From assembly GCA_019638115.1 (NCBI GenBank), contig JAHBUK010000001.1:512238-576237 (forward strand): a stretch of 64,000 nt of DNA. The letters are read 5' to 3'. This DNA is from Flavobacteriales bacterium. GTDB taxonomy: Bacteria; Bacteroidota; Bacteroidia; Flavobacteriales_F; PHOS-HE28. Positions 17,626 through 27,294 of the stretch are shown piece by piece. Below the pieces are notes generated by a model that was not told the DNA's origin, searched no databases, and worked only from the letters and a program-made list of their open reading frames with translations. How positions within the stretch are numbered: the first letter of the stretch is position 1; the number at the start of each line of letters is the position of its first letter. A program made the translations under genes and the position numbers.

Positions 17626-18146
17626 TCAACACCCTGCTCGCCAACATTCTCCGCCTGGTCACGCTGGTGCTCATCCAGGTGCTGCTACTGGACCATTTGG
17701 ACGTGGCCAACGGTTACATGGTGCCCTACCTCTACGTGCTCTTCCTGCTCATGCTGCCCTTCGAGCTACCCGGCTGGGCGCAGATGCTGATCGGCGCCGC
17801 CACCGGCTTGATCCTCGATGCCTTCAGCAGCACCCCCGGCATGCACATGGGTGCCAGCACGGTGATGATGTTCGGACGTGTACACCTGCTGAAATTGCTC
17901 GCGCCGCGCGAAGGCTATGAATTCGGCATGCGCCCCACGGCGGCCAGCATGGGGCTTGCGTGGTTCATCACCTACGCCGGCCTGCTCATCCCCCTGCACC
18001 ACCTCTGGCTGTTCTTCACGGAGATCTACCGCTTCGACAGTTTCTTCCCCACCCTGCTGCGGGCCTTGCTCAGCGCCGCATTCACCTTGGCGCTCTGCCT
18101 GCTCGCCCAATTCCTCACGACGCGCCCCGAACGCGCCCGGGCATGA
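17622..18146 (+). CDS. mreD: Rod-shape-determining protein MreD
   Basis: 174-aa polytopic membrane protein. It overlaps the mreC stop and the mrdA start. Confidence 0.75.
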   Translation: MINTLLANILRLVTLVLIQVLLLDHLDVANGYMVPYLYVLFLLMLPFELPGWAQMLIGAATGLILDAFSSTPGMHMGASTVMMFGRVHLLKLLAPREGYEFGMRPTAASMGLAWFITYAGLLIPLHHLWLFFTEIYRFDSFFPTLLRALLSAAFTLALCLLAQFLTTRPERARA

Positions 18147-19999
18147 ATTTCGAGTCGCGCAAATACGTGCTCATCGCGGCGGTGCTCTTCATCGCCGTGG
18201 TCTTCCTGATCCGGCTCTTCTACGTCCAGGTGATCGATGGATCGTGGAAAGCCGTGGCGGCGAACATGGCCGAACGGCGCATCACCGATTACCCTTCGCG
18301 GGGCTTCATCTACGACCGCAAGGAACGCCTGCTGGTGGCCAATACACCGGTATACGACCTGATGATGGTGCCGCGCGAAGTGAAGCCCTTCGACACACTG
18401 GCGTTCGCGGCGCTGATCAGTGTGCCACCGGCGGAGGTGCGCAAGCGGATGGCCGAAGCACGCGCCTATTCGCTCTACAAACCGAGCGTGATCGAGAAGC
18501 AGATCCCCGCCGACCAGTTCGCGGCGATCAGCGTACACCTGCACAAGTACCCCGGCATCTATGGGCAAAGCCGGACCCTGCGCACCTATCCACCCCGAAC
18601 GGCCGCACACCTGCTGGGCTACCTAAGCGAGGTAAGCCCTGCGAAAGTGGCCGCAGACCCCTACTACAAGGCCGGTGACGTGATCGGTGTGGGTGGCCTG
18701 GAGCAATCGTACGAGGAGCAGCTCAGAGGCCGGCGCGGCGTGCGTTATGTTCTGGTGGACGTGCACAACAACATCAAGGGCTCCTTCAAGGACCAGCTCT
18801 ACGATACGCTCGCTGTTGAAGGCTTGGACCTCTTCACGGGCCTGGATATTGAGTTGCAGCAGCTGGGTGAGCGTTTGATGAAGAACAAGAAGGGAAGCAT
18901 CGTGGCCCTGGACCCAAAGACCGGTGAAGTACTCACCCTGGTCAGCAGCCCCACCTACGACCCCGAACTGTTGGTGGGCCGGGTACGGAACACCAACTAC
19001 CGCATCCTTCAGCAAGACCCCATAAAACCGCTCTTCGATCGCGCATTGCAAGCCCAGTACCCGCCCGGGTCCATCTTCAAGATCCTGCAATCGCTCATCG
19101 CCTTGGAGGAGGGCGTGATCACACCCAACACCACCTTTCCATGTAATCGGGCCCTTGTGGGCTGCCACAACCACCCTACGGCCACCGACATTGAAAAGGC
19201 CATCCAGTTCTCCTGCAACCCCTATTACTACATGGTGTTCAAGCGCATGGTGGAGCGCGACATCGACAAGAAGAGCCGCTTCCGTGATGCTGCGTTGGGC
19301 CTGGCGATCTGGGAAGACCACATGAAGAGCTTCGGGATGGGCCGTAAACTGGGCATCGACCTGCCCTCTGAAAAGAGCGGGAACCTGCCTGGACCAGCCT
19401 ACTACGACCGCAAGTACGGACAGGCCCGCTGGGCGTTCAGCACCATTTACTCCGCCAGCATCGGGCAGGGTGAAGTACTGGTGGCACCCCTGCAGATGGC
19501 CAATTTCGCCGCCATTTTCGCGAACAAGGGTTGGTACATAGAGCCGCATGTGGTGCGTGCCGTAGGCCACCCGGACAGCATACAGGCCCGGTATACCGAG
19601 AAGCACTTCACCAGCGTGGACCCCAAGTGGTACGACCTGATCCACGAAGGCATGCGGCGCGTGGTGCATGAGGCCGGCGGCACGGCGCGGCAGGCACGCA
19701 TACCCGGCATCAACATGGCCGGCAAGACCGGCACCGCAGAGAACCCCCATGGCAAGGACCACGCGGTGTTCATCGCCTTCGCACCCATCGAGGACCCCAA
19801 GATCGCGATCGCGGTGTATGTGGAGAACTCCGGTTTCGGTGGCACCTGGGCAGCACCGATCGCCAGCCTCATCATTGAGCAATACCTCACCGGCAAGATC
19901 GAGCGGCAGGATGTGGTGAAGCGCATGGAAGAGGCCGACCTGATCGCCGCCGAGAAGAACTTCGTGAAACCACCGAAGAAACCGCGTCGCAGACCATGA
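18143..19999 (+). CDS. mrdA: Penicillin-binding protein 2 (peptidoglycan D,D-transpeptidase MrdA)
   Basis: TM anchor followed by the transpeptidase motifs SIFK, SCN and KTGT. The start at MNFESRKYVL overlaps the mreD stop. Confidence 0.9.
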   Translation: MNFESRKYVLIAAVLFIAVVFLIRLFYVQVIDGSWKAVAANMAERRITDYPSRGFIYDRKERLLVANTPVYDLMMVPREVKPFDTLAFAALISVPPAEVRKRMAEARAYSLYKPSVIEKQIPADQFAAISVHLHKYPGIYGQSRTLRTYPPRTAAHLLGYLSEVSPAKVAADPYYKAGDVIGVGGLEQSYEEQLRGRRGVRYVLVDVHNNIKGSFKDQLYDTLAVEGLDLFTGLDIELQQLGERLMKNKKGSIVALDPKTGEVLTLVSSPTYDPELLVGRVRNTNYRILQQDPIKPLFDRALQAQYPPGSIFKILQSLIALEEGVITPNTTFPCNRALVGCHNHPTATDIEKAIQFSCNPYYYMVFKRMVERDIDKKSRFRDAALGLAIWEDHMKSFGMGRKLGIDLPSEKSGNLPGPAYYDRKYGQARWAFSTIYSASIGQGEVLVAPLQMANFAAIFANKGWYIEPHVVRAVGHPDSIQARYTEKHFTSVDPKWYDLIHEGMRRVVHEAGGTARQARIPGINMAGKTGTAENPHGKDHAVFIAFAPIEDPKIAIAVYVENSGFGGTWAAPIASLIIEQYLTGKIERQDVVKRMEEADLIAAEKNFVKPPKKPRRRP

Positions 20000-21318
20000 G
20001 CGCCCGCGAGAACGTTGCCACCAACCTGGACAAGCCCATCCTTGTGATGTACCTGGCCCTCATGTTCATGGGCTGGGCCAACATCTATTCGGCCGCCTTC
20101 GATGCGGACCACCCCAGCATCTTCGACCAAAGCCGGGAGTATGGCAGGCAGGCCGTGTGGATGGGCATCAGCCTCATGCTCGGCATGGGCATCCTCCTGA
20201 TCAGGGGTCAGCTCTTCCGGGACTCGGCATATGGCGTTTACGCCGTGGTGCTGGTGCTGCTCATAGCCGTGCTGCTCTTCGGCAAGGAGGTGAAGGGCGC
20301 CAAGGCCTGGTTCGCCATTGGTGGTTTCGGTATTCAGCCTGCGGAATTCGCCAAGTTCGCCACTTCGCTCGCCCTTAGTCGCTACCTCAGTGGCTTGAAG
20401 GCCTTGGCCGATATGCGATCCCGGGTGATGAGCGGCATCATCATCCTGCTTCCCGTGGCATTCATCATGCTGCAACCGGATACCGGCACGGCCCTCGTTT
20501 CCGGTGCCTTCATTCTGGTGCTTTACCGCGAAGGGCTATCCGGCAACGTGTTGCTGCTCGCCATCCTGGCCGCCATACTCTCCGTGTTGTCGCTCATCCT
20601 GCAGGAGAGCAGCTTCGGTCTCCCCTTCACCGAAACACGCGTTTCCGGCCAGTATTTCCTGATGCTGTTGATCGTGGTCTTCTGTGTGTTGGGCTGGCTG
20701 GTGGTGCGGAACTTCGTGGCCAAGCGTCTGCGAAAGCCGCTCTACGGCTACATCGTTGTGGGCCTGTTGAGCTCTGCCGCGTTCATCGGTAGTGTGGACT
20801 ATGCCTTCGAGAAGGTGCTGGCGCAACACCAGCGTGACCGGATCCTGGTGATGCTCGGTCAGATGGAAGACCCCCAAGGCTTGGGCTACAACGTGAAACA
20901 AAGCCAGACCGCGATCGGCTCCGGCGGCTTCTCCGGCAAGGGCTACCTGCAGGGTACGCTCACCAAGTTCAAGTACGTCCCCATGCAGAGCACGGACTTC
21001 ATCATCTGCACCGTGGGCGAGGAATGGGGCTTCCTGGGTACGGCCTTCGTGGTGCTGCTGCTCACCGCGCTCATCCTGCGCATCATCCAGATCAGCGACC
21101 GACAGCGATCGCGATTCACGCGGATCTATGCGTATTGCGTGGCCAGCATCTTCTTTCTGCACCTCACCATCAATGTGGGCATGGCCATCGGTCTGGCTCC
21201 GGTGATCGGCATCCCGCTCCCCTTCTTCAGCTATGGTGGTAGCAGCATGATCTCTTTCACCATCCTGCTTTCCATTCTCCTGCGCCTGGATGCTGAGCGG
21301 CTGAGCCAGTTGCGTTGA
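19996..21318 (+). CDS. rodA: Rod-shape-determining protein RodA (FtsW/RodA/SpoVE family)
   Basis: Ten-TM SEDS protein with AKFA and PDTGTA-like motifs; overlaps the mrdA stop. Confidence 0.88.
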   Translation: MSARENVATNLDKPILVMYLALMFMGWANIYSAAFDADHPSIFDQSREYGRQAVWMGISLMLGMGILLIRGQLFRDSAYGVYAVVLVLLIAVLLFGKEVKGAKAWFAIGGFGIQPAEFAKFATSLALSRYLSGLKALADMRSRVMSGIIILLPVAFIMLQPDTGTALVSGAFILVLYREGLSGNVLLLAILAAILSVLSLILQESSFGLPFTETRVSGQYFLMLLIVVFCVLGWLVVRNFVAKRLRKPLYGYIVVGLLSSAAFIGSVDYAFEKVLAQHQRDRILVMLGQMEDPQGLGYNVKQSQTAIGSGGFSGKGYLQGTLTKFKYVPMQSTDFIICTVGEEWGFLGTAFVVLLLTALILRIIQISDRQRSRFTRIYAYCVASIFFLHLTINVGMAIGLAPVIGIPLPFFSYGGSSMISFTILLSILLRLDAERLSQLR

Positions 21319-21544
21319 ACAACGCTGCGAGATTGAACCGCAGGACCATGGGCGAGCTGCTGTTGCAAGTGCTTGGGCCAGGGATCACTAGGCGTGTCCG
21401 GGGCGGTCCATAACGGTCGCTTGCACCGCATAGCGGGCCGCAATACGAAGCAGATCGATCATTGGGGCACCCAACACGCTGTCCCGCACCTCTTCACAGG
21501 GCCATGCAGCAGTAGTCCCCGACGAGACCTGATCATTGCTGAAA

Positions 21545-21579
21545 GCAGAACGCCGGACCATGTGGTCCGGCGTTCTGCT
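21545..21579. terminator. Perfect 35-nt palindrome, probably a bidirectional terminator between convergent rodA and ppiD
   Basis: AGCAGAACGCCGGACCA-TG-TGGTCCGGCGTTCTGCT. Confidence 0.6.
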
Positions 21580-21596
21580 CACTGGGCTTGTCGTGC

Positions 21597-23681
21597 TCAG
21601 TAGTATTTCGAGCGGTGGTCCTTCACGCCCATGGCCTCGCGCATGGCCGCATAAACGGCATTGTCCACACGGGACTGGAGGCGCTGGAGGAGGATGTCAC
21701 GATCGGCACCCAGATCAGTAGCCTCGGGCGCTTCGGCCAGGTTGGTCACTTGAGCCACGTACACGGCGGTCTCCCCTTTCATGGGCACGCTGGTGTTGCC
21801 ATTGCCCAAGGCGAAGAGTTTGCCGATCACTTCGAACTCACTGTAACCGCCAGGGATGGCGAAGGTGCTGAACTGCATGTCCGATGCGGTCTGCACGCCC
21901 AGGCCCAACTCCGAAGCCAATGCGGAAAGATCCGTCTTGCCTTTCATCTGGCCCATGAAGTGTTCCGCTTTCTTCTCCTTCACCACTTCGCGGGTGAAGA
22001 GCTCACGCACATCCTCCAACTCGGGAGCACCTTCTTCACGGATACCCGTGATGATCGCCACCACATAGTTGTCGCCGGATACCTTGGGGGCACTGACCTC
22101 GCCGAGCTTGCTCTGGTTCACCCAGCGGATCACTTCGGCGGCGTCCTGCAGACCAACAACGGAACGCGCATCGGGGCGCAGATCCTCAACAGGTGTAAGT
22201 GGCAGACCCAGTTCTTCGGCGCCAGCGCGGAAAGCCTCAGCGCTCTTGCGGTAGCGCAGGGAGAATTCGTTGGCCTTCTTGTACACCAACTTGAAGGTGG
22301 CGGGGCTCGGTTTCATGGTGCGCTCCACGGTGGCGATGCGGCGCTCGTTGCGGGTGCGCTTCTCCATCACTTCGATCACGTGGAAACCGAAATCGGTCTT
22401 CACCACGCCGATCCAACCCACCGGGTTCTTGAAACCGGCGTCCTTGAACTCCTGCACGAAGCTCTTGTCCTTGTCGAAGAACCCATAGTCGCCGCCGTTG
22501 GATTTCCCTCCGGGGTCATCGGTGAACTGCGTGTTGAGGTCGTCGAACTTCTTGCGGTCGCGCTTGATCACCACCACCAGGCTGTCGGCACGCTTCTTCT
22601 GGGCTGCTTCTTCCTGGCCGCTCTGGGTACCGAGCAGAATGTGGCGCACGCGCACTTCGGGGATATCCACGAGCTCAAGCACCTTGGCCAACTTCCAGTT
22701 ATCGCCTTCGCGGTAGGGGCCTACCACATCGCCGACCTCGGCACTGGTGATGAGTGCATCGTTCGTTGCATCGGCGGTGCCTGCCACATATGGTGCCTTG
22801 TTGAAGAAGCGCGCTTCACTGTTGCGCACCACGAACGTGGAGTCGTTGTCCGTGGTCTCAAAGGCGGTACGCAAACCGTCCAGCTCCTTGGCCATTGCCG
22901 CCACATCCGCTTCGGAAGGTGCAACAGGGAAGGTGACGAACTCGAATCGGCGGCCGGGCTTCTGCTTGTAGCGCGCATCGCTGCGGTGCTGGTCGTAATA
23001 GCGGCGCAGGTCCTTCTCGCCCACGGTGAACAGGCTATCGGGCTCGCTATCGTAGCGCTTGGCAACGAAGTTGAAGGAAACACGGTCGTTCTTGGCCAGG
23101 TACTCGGCGTTGGCTTGTGCACTGTTGATGAAGACGCTCTTCTTCACCAAGGTGGTGTACTTGGCGTAAAGGCGGTTCTCAATGATGCGGCGCTTCACGA
23201 TCTCGTTCCACACCGGGGCCTTGAGCTGGATGTTCTCGAAATATTGCTGCAGACCCTGACGGTTCGGACGCCCATCGGGGTTCTGGAACTGCTGTTGGTT
23301 GCGATACTCCGGAATGATGTTCTCCCCGAAGCGGATGTCATCATATTCGCCCTTTGTGAGGGAGAAGCCAGCGTCACGCACTTTGCCGAGCATGGCCAGC
23401 TCCTTCACCATTTCACCCCAAACAGTGCTGCGCACCTGCTCGGTGATCTGGTTGTTGATGGTTTGGCCGAAATCCACGCGGTAGGTCTCGAGCTCCATGT
23501 CCACCCGGCGCTCGAACTCGCGCATGCCGATCTCATTTCCGCCCACCTCACCGATCACCGGGTCGGTCGGGCCGCTGCCCCTTCCTGCAAAAAGGTCCGT
23601 AAGGATGAATGCCGCCAAGGCACCACCGATGATGAGGAGGAGCAGGCCGCTGCGTTCGCGGATCTTGCCGATTACTGCCAT
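21597..23681 (-). CDS. ppiD: Periplasmic chaperone / peptidyl-prolyl cis-trans isomerase PpiD (SurA-like)
   Basis: N-terminal TM anchor (LLLLIIGGALAAFIL), SurA_N-like region, and a parvulin PPIase (FGFHVIEV). The start is chosen at MAVIGKIRE. Confidence 0.8.
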   Translation of the reverse strand: MAVIGKIRERSGLLLLIIGGALAAFILTDLFAGRGSGPTDPVIGEVGGNEIGMREFERRVDMELETYRVDFGQTINNQITEQVRSTVWGEMVKELAMLGKVRDAGFSLTKGEYDDIRFGENIIPEYRNQQQFQNPDGRPNRQGLQQYFENIQLKAPVWNEIVKRRIIENRLYAKYTTLVKKSVFINSAQANAEYLAKNDRVSFNFVAKRYDSEPDSLFTVGEKDLRRYYDQHRSDARYKQKPGRRFEFVTFPVAPSEADVAAMAKELDGLRTAFETTDNDSTFVVRNSEARFFNKAPYVAGTADATNDALITSAEVGDVVGPYREGDNWKLAKVLELVDIPEVRVRHILLGTQSGQEEAAQKKRADSLVVVIKRDRKKFDDLNTQFTDDPGGKSNGGDYGFFDKDKSFVQEFKDAGFKNPVGWIGVVKTDFGFHVIEVMEKRTRNERRIATVERTMKPSPATFKLVYKKANEFSLRYRKSAEAFRAGAEELGLPLTPVEDLRPDARSVVGLQDAAEVIRWVNQSKLGEVSAPKVSGDNYVVAIITGIREEGAPELEDVRELFTREVVKEKKAEHFMGQMKGKTDLSALASELGLGVQTASDMQFSTFAIPGGYSEFEVIGKLFALGNGNTSVPMKGETAVYVAQVTNLAEAPEATDLGADRDILLQRLQSRVDNAVYAAMREAMGVKDHRSKYY

Positions 23682-23702
23682 GTCTGGTTGAAAATAGGGG
23701 TG

Positions 23703-23710
23703 CAAATATA
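23703..23710 (-). promoter_or_regulatory. Putative Bacteroidota -7 promoter element (TATATTTG, matches TAnnTTTG) upstream of ppiD
   Basis: Read on the minus strand it is TATATTTG, about 21 nt upstream of the ppiD ATG. Confidence 0.3.
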
Positions 23711-23796
23711 GGCGAGTGCCCCGTACGTGACCCGATCCACCGGAAGTATTGATATTCAGCAACTTGCAACACCATCCGTGTGGTGCGTGCCGGACC

Positions 23797-25074
23797 TCAG
23801 GCCAAGTAGCCGCGCTCCGTGTCCAATACCTCCACCCGCACCAGGTCTATGCGGCTGTGCACCACCATGGCCACGGTAATGCGGAACGGGGGTAGCTCAA
23901 GCACCTCGTTCTGTTCGGGCAGTTCGCCCGTGCTGTGCAGAATGAAACCGGCCAGTGTATCGTACTCATCGCTCTCCGGAATGGCCAAGCGCAGATCCTC
24001 TCGCAGCCGCTCCACTTCCATGCGGGCACTAAGCAGGAAGGTATTGGGCCCTACCTGCTCGTGCACCTCTTCAGGAATATCGTGTTCATCCTCTATGTCG
24101 CCAACAATGGTCTCCACCACATCCTCGGTGGTGAGCATGCCTGCCGTGCCACCGAACTCGTCCACCACCACGGCCACGTGCGCGCGCTGCTTGATGAAGA
24201 GCTGCAAGACCTCGTCGGCGCGCATGGTGCCCGGTATGAAGCTCACCGGCCGCATGACCGAGCGGATGCTTCGCGGGCGGCGGAACAGCTCGTAGCCATG
24301 CACATAGCCGATCATGTTATCGATGCCGTCCTTGTAGACCAGCAACTTACTGAGGCCGGTGGAGATGAACTTGTCGCGCAGCTCGGACACGGGATCATCC
24401 ACTTCAATGGCCTCGATCCTTGCCCTGGGCACCATTACATCGCGCACCTTGATGCTGTTGAGAGCGAGGGTGTTGCGGAAGTACTCCACCTCGGCATCCA
24501 TGTTGTGCTCCTTGGGCTTGTTGGTACTGGCTTGTTTGATGAACTCATCGAGGTCGACTCGACCGAAGGCCAGATCGCCGGGTTTGGTGCGCACACCGAA
24601 CACGCGCAGCACCAACTCACTGATGCCGGTCATGAGCATGGTGGGCAACCAAAGCACCACATAGAGCACTTGCAAGGGCACGGCGAACACACCCAGCGCA
24701 CCGCTCGGGTTGATCCGGAACAGGGCTTTGGGCAGGAATTCCGCCACTACCAGGATCAGCAACGTACTAAGCACGGTTTGGGCGGACAGTACGAACGCCT
24801 CTCCCCATCCCAGGGTCCTTAGCCAGGGCTCCAGCACACGGGCCATGGTTACGCCATAGACCACCAAGGCAATGTTGTTGCCGACAAGCAGGGCACCGAT
24901 GACCTGTGCCGGGCGCTTGAGCAGGCCAGCCACCAAGCGTGCCCATACCGCTCCCCGCTTCCGCTCCAGCTCTATGTAGAGTTTGTTGCTGCTTACGAAG
25001 GCGATCTCCAATCCCGAACAAAGGGCGGATAGCGCAATGGAAACAATGATCAGGATAAGGTCGGAGCCGTTCAC
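23797..25074 (-). CDS. gldE: CNNM/CorC-HlyC family transporter (GldE-like): DUF21, tandem CBS domains and a CorC_HlyC domain
   Basis: 425 aa with an N-terminal 4-TM DUF21 (LILIIVSIALSALCSGLEIAF), a CBS pair and a C-terminal transporter-associated domain. This is the GldE family of Bacteroidota. Confidence 0.8.
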   Translation of the reverse strand: MNGSDLILIIVSIALSALCSGLEIAFVSSNKLYIELERKRGAVWARLVAGLLKRPAQVIGALLVGNNIALVVYGVTMARVLEPWLRTLGWGEAFVLSAQTVLSTLLILVVAEFLPKALFRINPSGALGVFAVPLQVLYVVLWLPTMLMTGISELVLRVFGVRTKPGDLAFGRVDLDEFIKQASTNKPKEHNMDAEVEYFRNTLALNSIKVRDVMVPRARIEAIEVDDPVSELRDKFISTGLSKLLVYKDGIDNMIGYVHGYELFRRPRSIRSVMRPVSFIPGTMRADEVLQLFIKQRAHVAVVVDEFGGTAGMLTTEDVVETIVGDIEDEHDIPEEVHEQVGPNTFLLSARMEVERLREDLRLAIPESDEYDTLAGFILHSTGELPEQNEVLELPPFRITVAMVVHSRIDLVRVEVLDTERGYLA

Positions 25075-25128
25075 GGATGGTTCGGCCGGAGGCCAGCAGG
25101 GCAGTGATGCGAATATAACGGCACAGGC

Positions 25129-25365
25129 TCAGCCATGGCGCTCCTTGTGGCGATCGTCCATCGCCTCCAGTTTGCGGCGCGTAATGCGTCTGAACACGAA
25201 CATCATGGAAGCGATGGCCGGGAACCAAAGCCAGCGCAAGCCTTCGTTCAGGCTCTCGGCGTACATCACCCAAAGAGCGGCAAGCAGGGTTCCGATGGCC
25301 ACTGCCAACCAGAAATGCTCCATAAGACGATTGATCTTGCGCATTGGCTCTGCTCTTAACTCCAA
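25129..25365 (-). CDS. Small hypothetical membrane protein (78 aa)
   Basis: Two predicted TM helices (FWLAVAIGTLLAALWVMY; WFPAIASMMFVF). It fills the gap between flanking genes. Confidence 0.4.
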   Translation of the reverse strand: MELRAEPMRKINRLMEHFWLAVAIGTLLAALWVMYAESLNEGLRWLWFPAIASMMFVFRRITRRKLEAMDDRHKERHG

Positions 25366-25367
25366 GA

Positions 25368-25946
25368 TCAGTCCTTGGAGGTTGCCAAGGTATCATCCGT
25401 TGACAGGCTGAAGGAGCCTTTGGGCCTGCGGATGGTGTACCAGCTCATGTCTTCGGCAGCCAACAAGCCTTCACCGATGATGACATCATCCTTGCGCTGC
25501 ACACGCACAGGGCGGTCGGTGTATACCCGGGCACTGTCCTGGTCCCACACCAGGTGCTCGGTTTCCAAGCGCTCCCCTTTCGCATTGATGAACACCACGT
25601 TCTCGCTCACTTCCATCCGCTTATCCTTGGGTACGATGACACCGCGGCGGGCCGTGAGCACACTGGTCACCTGTGCGACGGTATCCAGGAATTGCAGTTC
25701 CAGGCCCTCGCTCAGCTCAGTGCGGGGGTCGGCGCTCCACTCGGCCACTTTGGTTGCCGTTAGCCTGTTGCGCACATGGCCACTCTCGGAAAAGTCGTAG
25801 ACCGCGTTAGTGGTCAAACGGTCCGGTGCGGAGCGCGGCACCTCCACCGCCGCGACCTTGTCCAGATCGTTCCGGCAGGAAAGCAGCATACCCGCCCCCA
25901 ATAGGGCGGGTATGCTCCAGGTGATCCACGGCCGAAGCCCTTTCAT
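25368..25946 (-). CDS. Membrane-anchored periplasmic beta-rich protein, possibly LptC-like
   Basis: 192 aa with an N-terminal signal/anchor MKGLRPWITWSIPALLGAGMLLSC. The size, topology and position upstream of the CNNM and ppiD genes fit LptC-like proteins of Bacteroidota. The LptC call is tentative. Confidence 0.35.
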   Translation of the reverse strand: MKGLRPWITWSIPALLGAGMLLSCRNDLDKVAAVEVPRSAPDRLTTNAVYDFSESGHVRNRLTATKVAEWSADPRTELSEGLELQFLDTVAQVTSVLTARRGVIVPKDKRMEVSENVVFINAKGERLETEHLVWDQDSARVYTDRPVRVQRKDDVIIGEGLLAAEDMSWYTIRRPKGSFSLSTDDTLATSKD

Positions 25947-25950
25947 GCTG

Positions 25951-27294
25951 TTATTTGCGGGTGCGCACCGTGGTGCTCTCGCTCAGGCTGCCGCAGGTGA
26001 ATTGGAAGGTCTGGCCTTCGGTCAGCTGGTAGAAGAAGGCATCGGCGGAAGTGGGGAAGTGCGGCGTGGTCCGGTTCATCCGGTCGTTGGCCTTGTCCGC
26101 CACGGAAGGATCGACGCTCTTGGCGCGGGCATAGTTGTCGTAGGCCGACCAGTACACACCCCACATTTCGGGCTTTTCGCAACTGCCGGTCTGCGTGGTG
26201 ATGGCATCCCCGATCAGGATGTACGCCTCGCCGTTCTTGGCATCCACTTGCAGGATCTGGTTGGCGATGCTGCGCGCCAGACCGGAATTGCTCATGCTGG
26301 CGGCCAATTGGCCCTGGGTCTGCAGGTATTTCACACGATCAGGGCAGCTGGGGCAAAGCTCAACGGCCTCCTTGAAGTACTTGGCAGCACCGGCCTTGTC
26401 GCCACGCTTGAGCAAGTACATGCCCAAGCTGTATGCGCTTTCGGAACTGGGGCTGGCCTTGTGCACCTCTTCAGCAAGTGTGCGGTAGATGGCCTCGTCG
26501 GTGCATTCCTTGCCATTCAGCACACGCAGCAAACGCACCTTGAGGTCGATATCGTCCGGACGCTCCTTCACCATATCGCCCACGATGCGACCGATGTCAC
26601 TGCATTCCGCGATCTTGAAGAACTGCGTGTTCACGTAGTCGCGTGCTTTCACCGTGAAATCGCGATCGGCAGGCTTCATCTCGTTCTCCAAGGCAGCATC
26701 GATGTGCCCCATGATCATCACATAGTCGGCCAACATCTGGTCCTTGGTGGCACTGCCCTTGGCATAGAGGCATCCCAACGCCTGGTAATAGGAACTGAAG
26801 ACACCAGCATCGGTGTTCGGGCCGGTCAACTTGATCGCCTCCTTCAACACATCATAAGCTTCCTGGCAGGCCTCCGGACGGTAGTACACCATGTCAACGC
26901 CCTTCACGCCCAGCACGAATCCTTGCTCACCGAAGTGCTGGATCCGCATATCGTGGATAACGAGCAGGGAGTCGATGTACACGTTGCGGCGGGCGGCGTC
27001 CTTCTCCTTGCCAATGAATTCGCGGAGCATCTTGGCGCCGGTCACGTACGCGCTTTTGCTGGAGGCCGGGCACAGGCGCATCACCTCCTGCCAGTAGGGG
27101 TAGGCTTCGGTGTAGTTGCCATTGCGGGCAGGCTCACCATAGAGTGACTGGTTGCGCACGCAGAGCACGCTGTCTTCCGGTGTTGCGCCGTATTTGCCTC
27201 CCTGAGCAGCAGCGGGAAGCGCCAACAAGACAAGGGCGATCGCTGTGAGGGCTTGGTACATGGTCTTCATTCGATCCTTCTTTTTTGCATCCAT
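25951..27294 (-). CDS. Secreted tetratricopeptide-repeat protein
   Basis: Signal peptide MKTMYQALTAIALVLLALPAAAQ followed by a helical TPR-like repeat composition. The start is at 27294 or 27270. Confidence 0.65.
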   Translation of the reverse strand: MDAKKKDRMKTMYQALTAIALVLLALPAAAQGGKYGATPEDSVLCVRNQSLYGEPARNGNYTEAYPYWQEVMRLCPASSKSAYVTGAKMLREFIGKEKDAARRNVYIDSLLVIHDMRIQHFGEQGFVLGVKGVDMVYYRPEACQEAYDVLKEAIKLTGPNTDAGVFSSYYQALGCLYAKGSATKDQMLADYVMIMGHIDAALENEMKPADRDFTVKARDYVNTQFFKIAECSDIGRIVGDMVKERPDDIDLKVRLLRVLNGKECTDEAIYRTLAEEVHKASPSSESAYSLGMYLLKRGDKAGAAKYFKEAVELCPSCPDRVKYLQTQGQLAASMSNSGLARSIANQILQVDAKNGEAYILIGDAITTQTGSCEKPEMWGVYWSAYDNYARAKSVDPSVADKANDRMNRTTPHFPTSADAFFYQLTEGQTFQFTCGSLSESTTVRTRK

